A stretch of 64,000 bases of DNA from Octopus vulgaris. Lineage: Eukaryota. The stretch is from contig OX597816.1 in the NCBI GenBank assembly GCA_951406725.2, forward strand, positions 131,688,001 through 131,752,000. Direction: 5' to 3'. The number at the start of each line of letters is the position of its first letter. The stretch's first letter is position 1. The notes beneath the pieces were generated by a model. That model was not told where the DNA came from, did not search any database, and worked only from the letters and a program-made list of their open reading frames with translations. The translations under genes were made by a program, and so were the position numbers. Positions 12,261 through 23,157 of the stretch are shown piece by piece.

Positions 12261-12264
<4 letters not shown>

Positions 12265-12330
<66 letters not shown>
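12265..12330. repeat. (AG)n microsatellite
   Basis: Directly visible. Confidence 0.95.
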
Positions 12331-12333
<3 letters not shown>

Positions 12334-12872
12334 AAGATGGAAGGTAATTTATTTTGAAAGCATTAGTTACAATAAAACATCTTCACAAGGTAGAACACTC
12401 TCAGAACAGATACCCTATAAGTAGACACAACAGACTTTCTCTTTGTTGTTTGTCAAACTACTAATACTCTATTAAGTAAAAGAGCAAGGAAAAACACACA
12501 CTCCATGGAATTTCTTCCATACTGTAATTATTTTCCATTTTTAAGAAATATCTTGCTTCATAAAATGTGTAATTAATACACTTCAGGTTATGTCATATTG
12601 AAGATTATTAGAAAGAGTGAAATAGTGCTATACATTACCACTGACACGGAATTTTAGGAATGTCATAATAAGTAAACAACAAAAACAAAAACAAAAGAAA
12701 ATTAAATGAGTATATTCTGCATATCTGTTTCCTTATTCCAAAATTCCAAATTCAAATTTCTAATTCAATCAATATTTTGAGGAAATGATTATTTCCCTTG
12801 TAATAACTGTCCACTAGGGGACACCACTAATTGAATAGTTATGTATTAATCTAAGACTTATGACCACAGTTA

Positions 12873-13446
12873 TGAGGGTGGGCTGAAAAGTTCATAGACT
12901 AACTATGAAAGAATGATGCTAGAGCAGTAAAATCATGCATGCATAATTTCAACTGTTCTTATTAATAATAGCATTGTTTCTTCCATTGTAGTGATGATGA
13001 TGTCATATCTGCTGTTGATGACACTTTAGAGCCATAAGATAAAATCTTCTTCACCAATGGAATTCAAGCACTGCAATACTGATGGAGTGGAGGTGTGTGG
13101 CTAAGTGGTTAGGGTGTCAGCATCATGATCGTAAGATTGTGGTTTCGATTCCTGGACCGAGTGATATGTTGTGTTCTTGAGCAAAACACTTCATTTCACA
13201 TTGCTCCAGTCTACTCAGCTGGCAAAAATGAGTAATCCTGTGATGGACTGGCGTTCCGTCCAGCTGGGGAATACATACACTACGGAAACCAGGAAACCAG
13301 GCCCATGAGCCTGGGCAGGCTTTAAAAAAGGCACATTTAAGAAGTGTGTGGGCCACAAGGGCGAACTATGTTGAAAAATAAACCTCATTTGGTCACATTT
13401 CATTAAGTTATCTTAATCAGCCTATGAACTTTTCAGCCAACTCTCA
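12873..13446 (+). mobile_element. internally deleted mariner (MITE) interrupted by a SINE
   Basis: TA TSD; TIRs tgagggtgggctgaaaagttcatag / ctatgaacttttcagccaactctca; C-terminal remnant FFTNGIQALQY.W..KCV...GxYVEK*. Confidence 0.85.
13089..13340 (+). mobile_element. tRNA-derived SINE family C
   Basis: A box tggctaagtggttagg, B box ggtttcgattcc, core gtgttcttgagcaaaacactt...ttgctccagt..actcagctg. Confidence 0.85.
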
Positions 13447-13549
13447 TACAATATACTAGTTGAGATCACGACTGAAAAAAAACATTCAAACATTTCTGTA
13501 TGTCATATGAGAGTTAGTATCTCCCAACAATAACTATTGTATGTCTTCA

Positions 13550-13962
13550 GTATCAGCTATATTTAATGTAAGAATCTCATTTGGGTTTTATGGTTTTACC
13601 ATCCACAAAGATTTCATACAAAAAGAAGATTTCTCTACCTCTCAATCACCAGTCAAGAAACAGAAACACTCTTATACTGACATCAAAACACCTGCCCCCT
13701 CCTCCCTTCTTAACCCCCACTAAACACTCATAAAACAGCTTTTCCACTTGGTTTCTAATCCTTCACTCATATTTTTTTCTTTTCTTCTCACTGACAATTC
13801 CTCTTTTTCATTCCCTCTGTGTTTCTCTCTTACTTTTGATGAAGGTCTAGTGTCCAAAACATTAAGACAGTTACTCTTTTCCTTAAAGCATTAAGCTTGT
13901 ACCTTATTTGTCAAACTTTGTTCATCCTGTGGTGTCCTTTTTTTTGTTCACTGTATTTATAC
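13550..13962 (+). mobile_element. decayed Penelope-like 3'/pLTR fragment with hammerhead-like motif
   Basis: Pyrimidine tract, then ttgatga-a-ggtc-tagt-gtcc-aaaac; tail resembles 59430-59645 and 19842-19915. Confidence 0.45.
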
Positions 13963-14004
13963 TGTGTGTGTGTTTGTGTATATATGTATGCATGTAGGTA
14001 TGTA

Positions 14005-14150
<146 letters not shown>

Positions 14151-14986
14151 ATACATCAATCATACTTGACAAAAATATAAAGTCCAGTATATGCAACTGA
14201 GATAGTACTAAATTAAAATAGCCATCTATGTATCATGCTCAATGTGTACACAATATTGATTGGCCAGTTTACTGTAGTATTTGTCCTGAGATAACATTGC
14301 TTATATGCTAAAAACACAATAAATTAAACATCAGAGTGAGATAAAAATTCATACCAGCAATGAAATCACCAAGTGCATTTTGGGATTTTTCAATGGTGTG
14401 TACCTGCAGCCAGCAACATGCTTGGATGAGAACTCATCAACTCTGATATTAGACAAAGTGAATAACACATCATGTAGAAGGCACTTGCTCAAGATGCCAT
14501 GTCGTGGAACTGAGCCCAAGTCCACATGGTTGGCAAGCAAGCTTCTCAACCACAAAGATAACAAAACATGTATAATATTGTTGAAGTTATTATTCTAAAT
14601 AGTGCTTCCTAGTTTAAACTGAAAAACTAATACTAAGATCAAACTGAAGTACTAAATCTAAGTTTACATAATTACAAAATTTTATTACCACTGGTTGTTA
14701 TTTTTGTTAATTAAATTAACTCAAAAAACAGTTGTATTGAAAGCATACTTACTATGGTAAATCTATGGATTAATATTTCTTTGCGAATTTGCAAAGTTGA
14801 TTGAGATTGTAATTAAATTAACACAAATATACTTGGTTAATTACACTTCAAATCAAACTAAATCAAAAGAGCAGGTGCAGTGTAGGTATACTTACCCTTT
14901 ATGGGTCACTCTACACTTCAGACGAAAGGGAAGAGAAGTTGAGAAAAGGGAATATAAATAACTGTTCTTAAAAGTCTTGCACAGAT

Positions 14987-15087
14987 TTCATCATCCTCAT
15001 CCTCATCATCATCATCATTGTTGTTGTCATTCTTGTCATCATTGCTATCCTTGTCATTGCTGTCATCATCACCATCATCACCATCAC

Positions 15088-15134
<47 letters not shown>

Positions 15135-15330
15135 ACTAAAGTCTGTTTTCCATGCTGGTATGGGTTGAATGGTTTGACAACATCCAGTGAGCTGCATCAT
15201 GCTCCAGCGTCAGCCTTGGCATTGTTTCTATAGCTGGATGCCTTTCCTAATGCCAACCACTTTACAGTGTAGTCTCAGTGCTTTTTTCATTTTTTTGTGT
15301 CACAGGCACTTGTGAAGTCACCATACAGAA
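14987..15330 (-). mobile_element. (GAT)n-tailed RTE 3'-end repeat with long decayed (CAT)n tail
   Basis: (cat)n then gtctgttttccatgctggtatgggttg...gctggatgcctttcctaatgccaaccact. Confidence 0.8.
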
Positions 15331-15477
15331 CTGGCAGAAAGGTGGCTTCTGAGGGTGCACCATAAAGGCCTCAACTTTGAAATCTAGGCTGCTTTTGTTG
15401 TAACTTGACAAATAAAGCAAATAATTTGGCAAAATATTGCAAAACTTTTGACTCAACAAAATATTATCTTCAGCATC

Positions 15478-15938
15478 CATGCTAGTGAGTTGCAAAGAGC
15501 ACCATTCGAGTGTGATTGTTACCAGCATCGTCTTACTGGCACTTGTGCCCCATGCCAGTAGGGTGCTAAGAGCACCATCCGAGCGTGATCATTGCCAGAG
15601 TGGCTAACTGGCTTCCGTGCTGGTGGCACGTAAAAGGCACCATTTGAGCGTGATTATTACCAGCATCACCTTACTGGCACCTGTGCTGGTGGCATGTGTA
15701 AAAAGATTCGAGTGAGGTCATTGCCAGTACTGCCTGACTGGCCCCCGTGCCAGTGGCACGTAAAAGCACCGACTACACTCTTGGAGTGGTTGGCGTTAGG
15801 AAGAGATCCAGCTGTAGAAACTCTGCCAGATCAAGATTGGAGCCTGGTGCAGCCATCTGGTTCATCAGCCCTCAGTTGATCGTCCAACCCATGCTAGCAT
15901 GGAAAGCGGACATTAAACGATGATGATGATGATGATGA
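15478..15938 (+). mobile_element. (GAT)n-tailed RTE 3' UTR copy with ~4 internal 65-72-bp tandem units
   Basis: Repeated agcaccattcgagcgtgat..ttgccag...ctggc...gtgc.gtggcacgtaaaa, then the standard tail. Confidence 0.85.
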
Positions 15939-16019
15939 TTTGATCTACTCAATATTTCATTGTTCTACTGATATTAGATTGCTAGTTATCAAGTTGCATC
16001 CAGTAACCTTAGTTTTCTA

Positions 16020-17300
16020 GCAATTTTTTTTTCCATAGTTCTTGTTGTGCTGAGTAAACAAGCTTTTTATTGAGTCAAGAAATTTATCTCAATAGCCAAC
16101 ATCCTCAACCAACCATTCAAACTTCTTGTAACTGTTCTTAGACTCCTATAACAATATGGATGACGATAGCTTTATGGCAGTTCCAGATTCTTTGAAACTC
16201 ATATTTTAGGTCCTGGTATTTTTATTTTCTTGTGTTCTTTATCTACCACTCTTATATGATGAATAGATAAGCAGCCTCAATTAAGCAATGCACTGTTTCC
16301 TCAATGTCAAATACAATTTCTTTTTTATTTGTCTATCTATTTGAAGTTTCACATCCCATGATACCTTCACCTGGTTATTTTCAAGGATGTATTCTGTTGT
16401 GGCCAAATCCATATTTTTTAAAGATTTGCATGTGTATATTTGTAGCAACCATGTCATATCTCCATTTCTGTGATCCCCAATGTGGGGCATATTCCCCACA
16501 AGTGGAGCCTAGGAAAATTGGAGTGGGGCAAGGGGACCAAAATTGTTTTTCTCGTTTTCTTAGTGGGACATGGAATTGTGAAAATCTTTTTGTCACAGCA
16601 AACATACTACACCTATACACCTATACTCAGTCTTGACAAACCAATCCTTCCTGCAAATCATACTGTGTGAAGACTGTTACAGTATAGTGCTATTCTAATA
16701 CTATGGCTGAAGCTAACAAAATTGACTTCTCAAATCAAGGAAATCTGCCATAGTGGCCAGGCTCAAGGTTCTCATTAAAAAGATTCACTTTTTTTCTTAG
16801 TCAATAATGTCCTTTTTTTTTGTACTCAGTACTTAAAAGCGTTATTAGTAAATTCTTTGTATTAAATAATTGTGATAAAATATTAAAAATAAAGTTGTTT
16901 TTTTCCAACCACCAGTGGGGTATATATTTTTTGGGAAAGTTATAGAGGGACCTGAGTGAAAATAGGTTGGGAAGTACTGTTATAGATCCTCTATGCAAAC
17001 ATGCACAACCTCTATGCACAGTCATCCCTTCTTTTTCACCATACTATGTTCTTGCTGCATCTTGTTTTGATTGTTTGATCTTGCACAGCATAATACTTCA
17101 CAATTTAGTTAGCATTTTTCTGGGTGTATAAATGTTTTCTAACCAGAAACCATTTGGTTGAATGCTTTCCAATTAGGTACTTTGAAACTTGTCTTGAAAT
17201 GATGACAGAGTTTTTCAGTAAGCAGTATAATCATTGGTTAGTGTACCTTCTGTCCAACTCACAACTCCAGTCTTATAACATAACCCATCATTCCTACAAC
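16020..17300 (-). pseudogene. decayed R4/Dong-type non-LTR retrotransposon C-terminus (RLE endonuclease region), interrupted by a MITE
   Basis: Frame-shifted motifs GVVSWT, AVQDQTIKTR, KWRYDMVATNIH (RHD-like), ILENNQVKVSWDVKLQID, KYQDLKYEFQRIWN, IVIG. Confidence 0.75.
16468..16979. mobile_element. decayed hAT/Charlie-like MITE
   Basis: Ends ctgtgatccccaa / ttgggaagtactg; splits the LINE reading frame; TSD not recognisable. Confidence 0.5.
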
Positions 17301-18262
17301 TGGCTTCTTAATAACACAACTCTCTGCCTGTGATATCCTAACTTCTCTATCACCACCAACAACTTTTACATATCTCCACTGACTGAATTGATTTTCAGAA
17401 TTGACTTCAACGTCTTGTCAACTGGAATGGAAGTATCTCCTAATAAGTAGGTTCAGTTCTCATCCACCTCTCATTTCAAGCTATATAGTGAAAGAATATG
17501 AAAGCATGATTGTAGCCTTCACAATCTGTATTTCAGGCTACCATCTCAAGGACAATAACTATTATTAAGAACTGATACAAAGAAAAGTGAACGTTTTGAT
17601 CTTCCTACATGGTACAACTTCCCTTGTGTCATGACCACACTCTCTGCTGTAATTTCTTTTGTATCTCTCTTGTGTGATAAGATATCCACCTTAACATAGC
17701 TGGCTGATTTTTTTTTCTATGTTACATATGTCAGAAAGCAAATAACTATGGCATGTGATGTTGCAAGATAAAGGAAAGATGAAGGGCCATACAAAATAGT
17801 ATGGCATGAGATGTTGAAAGAATGTGAAGAATGGTACTGGATAGTCATCTAGAAATATTAATGACTTGTAGACATAAGGTATTTCATTATGCAACCATAG
17901 TATGCTACAAAGTATATTAAACGTTTTTATAAGTTAATACTATATACTACTGTGTTAGCAGTGCACTTAAATTATGTGTTAATGTTATTTTTACAGATTT
18001 TCTATATAAATTATAGCCAGCACTGATTCTTTTACTACGTTTCATATCCGAGATGTCAGATGTAAACAAGGAAGGTGATACCTCCAAATAAAATCTGATA
18101 TGCAGTAGAAGGAACATTTTAACCCTTCCATACACAAAACTGTTCCTAATGCTAGTGGACATTTTGTAAAGTGAAGGTGATAGGACAGGTATCCATTTGT
18201 AGAAATCATGCTGTAAAATGAAATTTTTGAGCAAAATGTAGATTCCACAAGATGCTTACATG

Positions 18263-18271
18263 ACACACACA

Positions 18272-18332
<61 letters not shown>

Positions 18333-18510
18333 ACATACACCTATGTATATATATATATGATGGGCTTTTTTCAGTTTGTGTCTACCAAATCCACTCACAA
18401 GGCTTTGGTTAGCCTGAGGCTATAGTAGAAGACACTTGCCCAAAGTGCCACACAGTGGGACTGAACTCAGAACCATGTGATTAGGAAGCAAGCTTCTCAC
18501 CACACAGCCA
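18263..18510 (-). mobile_element. SINE family A head plus internal microsatellite
   Basis: Near-identical to 5638-5795. Confidence 0.85.
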
Positions 18511-19076
18511 CATATATATAAGTAATAATTTTAAATTTGGCAAGTCACCTAATGAGACACATCTGCACCAGTGTTGCACCACAACTGTTTGAATGAAACA
18601 CCGGTGCACGATGGGTCAAAACGATTGTGGCAATTAATAAAGAATCTTGTGAATTCCATTTTCTTTCTCTCTCTCTCATATTACACACACGCACGTGTGC
18701 ACACACACACACACAAACAGACAGACACACACACACAAACACACAGACACATACACACACACATGTATATCTATAGGCCATCATTTAGTTTTGATTGTCC
18801 TGGGTATAAGTTTAAACATACAAATCTTCATTGATTCACAATAGAGATTTGAGGTCCTTACTTCTCTATATATGATTGCACCTCCACTCATTCATTGCAC
18901 TCCTCTTCACCCATTACATCCCTCATTCCCCACTATCCAAAAGACTCTTTTCCTATGATGGGTGCAATGATATCATGCTGTGCAACAAGAATGTTGCAAG
19001 AAGTTTGAATTACATTTTTTATATGTATCATATCTATTCATCCAACCATACATGCAAACATACATACATACATACA

Positions 19077-19140
<64 letters not shown>

Positions 19141-19143
<3 letters not shown>

Positions 19144-19279
19144 AGTTGCAGCATGGAAGGTGTTTATAAGCCATTTAAAAACACACAAAAACCGTTAGAT
19201 TCACTTCAACATTTAAATTTAATTTGTCAAGGTATTTTTGTCGCTTTGAAATCGCAACCTCTTCAATGACAAAATTCCA
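19141..19279 (-). mobile_element. single arm of the Penelope-like family that forms the 22794-23060 palindrome
   Basis: cagttgcagcatggaaggtgtttataagccatttaa... aligns with 22794-22930; abuts (TA)n. Confidence 0.75.
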
Positions 19280-19283
19280 TATA

Positions 19284-19822
19284 CGAGGGTGAGTCAAAAA
19301 GTAATGCCATTTTGTTTAGGACAGATATAATTACCAACACAGGAACATATATCATACATCAAAATGAAGCTGGTCCCCTGTGGATCACATCCCTACTCCT
19401 CAACATAGTAATGGTTTCTCTCAATAGCAATGTTCCACCTTCGATTGAGAACATGTATCCCTGCCCCATAAAATTCTGTTCATTGTTCTATGAGCCACTT
19501 CTTCACTACAGTTTTCCCTTCCTCATCACTGGAATAATATTTGCCTCTCAAACCCTCTTTCATGGGGCCAAAGATGATAGTTTGAAGGTGAAAACTGTAG
19601 TGAAGAAATGGCTCAAATAACAGTCAACAGAATTTTACGGAGCAGGGATACATGCTCTCATTCGAAGGTGGAACATTGCTATTGAGAGAAATCGTGACTA
19701 TGTTGAGAAGTAGGGATGTGATCCACAGGGGACCAGCTTCATTTTGATGCATGATACATGTTCCCGTGTTGGTAATTATACCTGTCCTAAACAAAATGGC
19801 ATCACTTTTTGACCCACCCTTG
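19284..19822. mobile_element. fold-back mariner MITE made of two 3' ends
   Basis: TA TSD; ~240-bp inverted arms; each arm encodes VKTVVKKWL..STEFY.AGIHALIRRWNIAIERN.DYVEK*. Confidence 0.92.
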
Positions 19823-19940
19823 TATATATATATATATATATACACACTAATACATCTGTTTGTTGTCTACACCACCTGTCTTCGTCTTTTGTTGTTTTTT
19901 TTTGTGAATTCTCCATATATATATATATATATATATATAT

Positions 19941-20828
19941 TGATAAAACGGTAAGATAACAAAAGAAAGAAAGAGACCTCAATATTATGTAAATAGAGGA
20001 AATTTATCTATACAATATGTTACATTACTCGGTAGTCAAGATAAAACTCTGAGTTTCAGATGCCGAAGTGGAAATCCACAACACCATCTCTTCGGTTATC
20101 TGGCTATTTGAAAACGTTATGAAAAAATACCGTTAAAAATGAAGGGAAATTACTCTGTTATAACTCTGCTTTGCCTGCGTACTTATACATCGCTCGCATT
20201 TTTCGTCATAAAAATTATATAAAATACATAAAAATATATAAAAATATATAAAAAATATATAAAATCTTCTTGGGACATAACACAGAAAGCATGTTCTATC
20301 CGTTTTCTTTAGGGGACCAAAAACGTAACAGAAATTTAGTCACATGTGGGCATGATCCGAAAAGCTCTGTCCTTGTATTTAGACATGTGGTAGGGTCTAA
20401 GCTGCTTTTCCAGATAAGCCATCTCTGGAAAAGCAGCTTAGACCCTACCACATGTCTAAATACAAGGACAGAGCTTTTCGGATCATGCCCACATGTGACT
20501 AAATTTCTGTTACGTTTTTGGTCCCCTAAAGAAAACGGATAGAACATGCTTTCTGTGTTATGTCCCAAGAAGATTTTATATATTTTTTATATATTTTTAT
20601 ATATTTTTATGTATTTTATATAATTTTTATGACGAAAAATGCGGGCGATGTATAAGTACGCAGGCAAAGCAGAGTTATAACAGAGTAATTTCCCTTCATT
20701 TTTAACGGTATTTTTTCATAACGTTTTCAAATAGCCAGATAACCGAAGAGATGGTGTTGTGGATTTCCACTTCGGCATCTGAAACTCAGAGTTTTATCTT
20801 GACTACCGAGTAATGTAACATATTGTAT

Positions 20829-20833
<5 letters not shown>
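19941..20833. mobile_element. 5'-truncated Penelope-like element with inverted duplication (410-bp-arm palindrome) in (TA)n
   Basis: Arms 20005-20414 and 20424-20833, 9-nt loop, one mismatch seen (T20194/G20644); each arm encodes CLNTRTELFGSCPHVTKFLL...*, resembling the LNxRxELxxxCxHxxKF C-terminus of PLE GIY-YIG proteins. Confidence 0.8.
20732..20805 (+). ncRNA. type I hammerhead-ribozyme-like motif (variant core); mirrored on - strand at 20033-20106
   Basis: Stem I AGAUAA/UUAUCU, CCGAAGA, stem II GAUG..CAUC, U, GAAAC, near-palindromic stem III AAACUC-A-GAGUUU. Confidence 0.45.
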
Positions 20834-20873
<40 letters not shown>

Positions 20874-21621
20874 AATATATATGTTATGTATGTGTGTTAT
20901 ACATATATATATACATACTTATATACATACACACGCACACACAAGCACACACATACTCACACATATACACACATACATATATATATATATACACACACAC
21001 ATACATACACGTGTTCACATGCACACACACACACACACACTCACACATGTATAATGTTTTATTTGCTGAAACTAAATTCTATATCTTATTTTAAGCAAGG
21101 AAATTTATAGTACATTGTTCAAAGATAATTAAAATAAAAATTTCTATATAGGATATTTAAATTTTTTTCCTTTTCAACTACCCCCTGTTGACTTCTTCAA
21201 ATGTCATTACAGGTTTATTTAAACAGATACCATGTATTTTGTTACCGAAACTGTTGTTTTGAAAAGATAGAATATTCTTGAGAGCTTTTGCTTGGTGTTT
21301 ATTGTCCATTGTCATTGCCAAAGGAGCAGAAAGATTAAACAAATATCTCACAGCAACACAAGTTAAGCATTTATGCTATAGAAAGACTATGTCTTTATCT
21401 TCTTCATACAATAGTGTTCTTTATATATATACATGCATATAAACATACATGCTCAAACATATTTATATATGCATACACATCTTATATATATATGTTTTCA
21501 TATATATATATATATATATATACACATAATACATACGTATGAACATATGAATATTTGGGTAAGTATATATATACACACACATATATATACATATATACAT
21601 ATATATATACACACACACATA

Positions 21622-21656
<35 letters not shown>

Positions 21657-21682
21657 TATATATATATATATACACACACATA

Positions 21683-21717
<35 letters not shown>

Positions 21718-21721
21718 GTAA

Positions 21722-22020
21722 GGGTGTGTGTGGCCTAGTGGTTAAGGTACTACACTTATGAGCATGAGATTATGGGTTCAATTCCTTGACTGGGCAACTT
21801 GTTTTATTTTTAAGCAAAAATATTTCATCCCATGTTGCTCTGCAATCACTTCAACATCTGACATACTATGCACCTGTAAAGGAATGTGTCAATTTGTTAG
21901 AGGGAGCGAGCTTATGCACAGCACAAACATATGATTACTATAAACAACTGCCAAGGAGGTTATTTAGCTCGAAATTGCAGAATGGTCCTTCTTGGATTCA
22001 AGAAACTACCATTGGTACAT
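21722..22020 (+). mobile_element. SINE family C-type head with a different tail
   Basis: tggcctagtggttaagg A box, gggttcaattcc B box. Confidence 0.7.
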
Positions 22021-22036
22021 ATATATACATTGCATT

Positions 22037-22333
22037 AAGGATCGTGGGTAAGGCCAGAACAATGTGAAATAAATGCAAGGCAAAGCACAAGAAAACAAAT
22101 ATATGAATTAATGTAGACTTACCTTGCATTCAATATTTTGAGATTATAACCTTATTTTCCATAAATTAATGACTGTTGCTGCATGTCGGCAACATTCATT
22201 AATTTCTTGAAAATGGGATCATAACCCTGAAATATTGAATGCAATGTAAGTCTATATTAATTCATATATTTGTTTTTTTGTGATTTTCCTTGCATTTATT
22301 TTGCATTGTTCTGGCCTTACCCACAATTCTTTA
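22037..22333. repeat. diverged long palindrome (~145-bp arms), probably an older PLE fold-back
   Basis: gtgggtaaggccagaacaatg...caaatatatgaattaat...gttgc-loop-gcaac...attaattcatatatttg...cattgttctggccttacccac. Confidence 0.85.
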
Positions 22334-22399
22334 TATAATATAGTTTACACAGTGCTTAATGGTAATTACTCTATTATAATATAAATGTGTATATATATT

Positions 22400-22752
22400 G
22401 TTAGCATGCCAGACAAAATGCTTAGTCATAATTCATCTGTTTTCACATCTTCTGAATTCAAATTCCACCAAGGTTGACTGTGTCTTTCATCCTTTCAGAT
22501 TGTTAAAATAAGTATCAACCATGCACTGGGATCAATGTAGTTCAACTAGCATCCTCTCAAAAAATTTCAGGCCTTGTGCCTATAGTAGAAAGAATGAAGT
22601 GGTTGGAATCAGGCAGGACATCCAGCTGTAGAAACCATGCCAAATCAGATTGGAACCTGGTGCAGCTCCACAGCTTACCAGTTTTTAATCAAACTGTCTA
22701 ATCCATGGAAAATAGACATTAAATGATGATGATGATGATGATGATGATGATA
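22400..22752 (+). mobile_element. SINE family B (22400-22595) followed by a (GAT)n-tailed repeat
   Basis: gttagcatgccagacaaaatgcttag...ccttgtgcctatagtagaaag; then catccagctgtagaaacc...(gat)n. Confidence 0.8.
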
Positions 22753-22790
22753 ATCATGTGTGTGTATATGTATATATATATATATATATA

Positions 22791-23119
22791 AACCAATTGC
22801 AGCGTGGAAGGTGTTTATAAGCCATTTAAGAAACACACAAAAGCCGTTCGATTCACTCCAACATTTAAGTTTAATTTGTCAAAATATTTTCGTCGCTAAA
22901 ATCCGCGACCTGTTCACTGACAAAGTCCGTGCTGCAGTGAACAGGTCGCGGATTTTAGCGACGAAAATATTTTGACAAATTAAACTTAAATGTTGGAGTG
23001 AATCGAACGGCTTTTGTGTGTTTCTTAAATGGCTTATAAACACCTTCCATGCTGCAATTGTTTTCGTTTCAGCACACGATCTCAGATCAAATTACTTGCT
23101 ATGCGAGTACATCTCCGTA

Positions 23120-23120
<1 letters not shown>
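22791..23120. mobile_element. Penelope-like fold-back insertion (126-bp arms plus 60-bp extension) between (TA)n tracts
   Basis: Arms 22794-22919 and 22935-23060, 15-nt loop, one mismatch seen; hammerhead-like gtcgc..gcgac-gaaa-atatttt. Confidence 0.75.

Positions 23121-23157
<37 letters not shown>

Noticed and set aside
14977-15233. Poly-His / poly-Ser ORFs (also poly-Asp at 58294-58533)
   Set aside because: They are the (CAT/GAT)n tails of retroelements.
15490-15790. CRISPR-like repeat/spacer appearance
   Set aside because: The variable parts are homologous to one another, no cas genes are present, and the array is part of a dispersed LINE 3' UTR.
17700-18260. Possible piggyBac transposase remnant (KGHTK*YG..., YATKYIKRFY)
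   Set aside because: Motifs are too decayed and no TTAA/TIR ends were found; it needs a TBLASTN or HMM search.
20270-20568. Two near-identical 90-aa ORFs on opposite strands as a gene pair
   Set aside because: This is a by-product of the palindrome; only the last ~40 codons resemble a real (PLE) protein end.
20194-20644. Single palindrome mismatch as a fossil A-to-I edit
   Set aside because: One site cannot be distinguished from an ordinary mutation, RT error or sequencing error.
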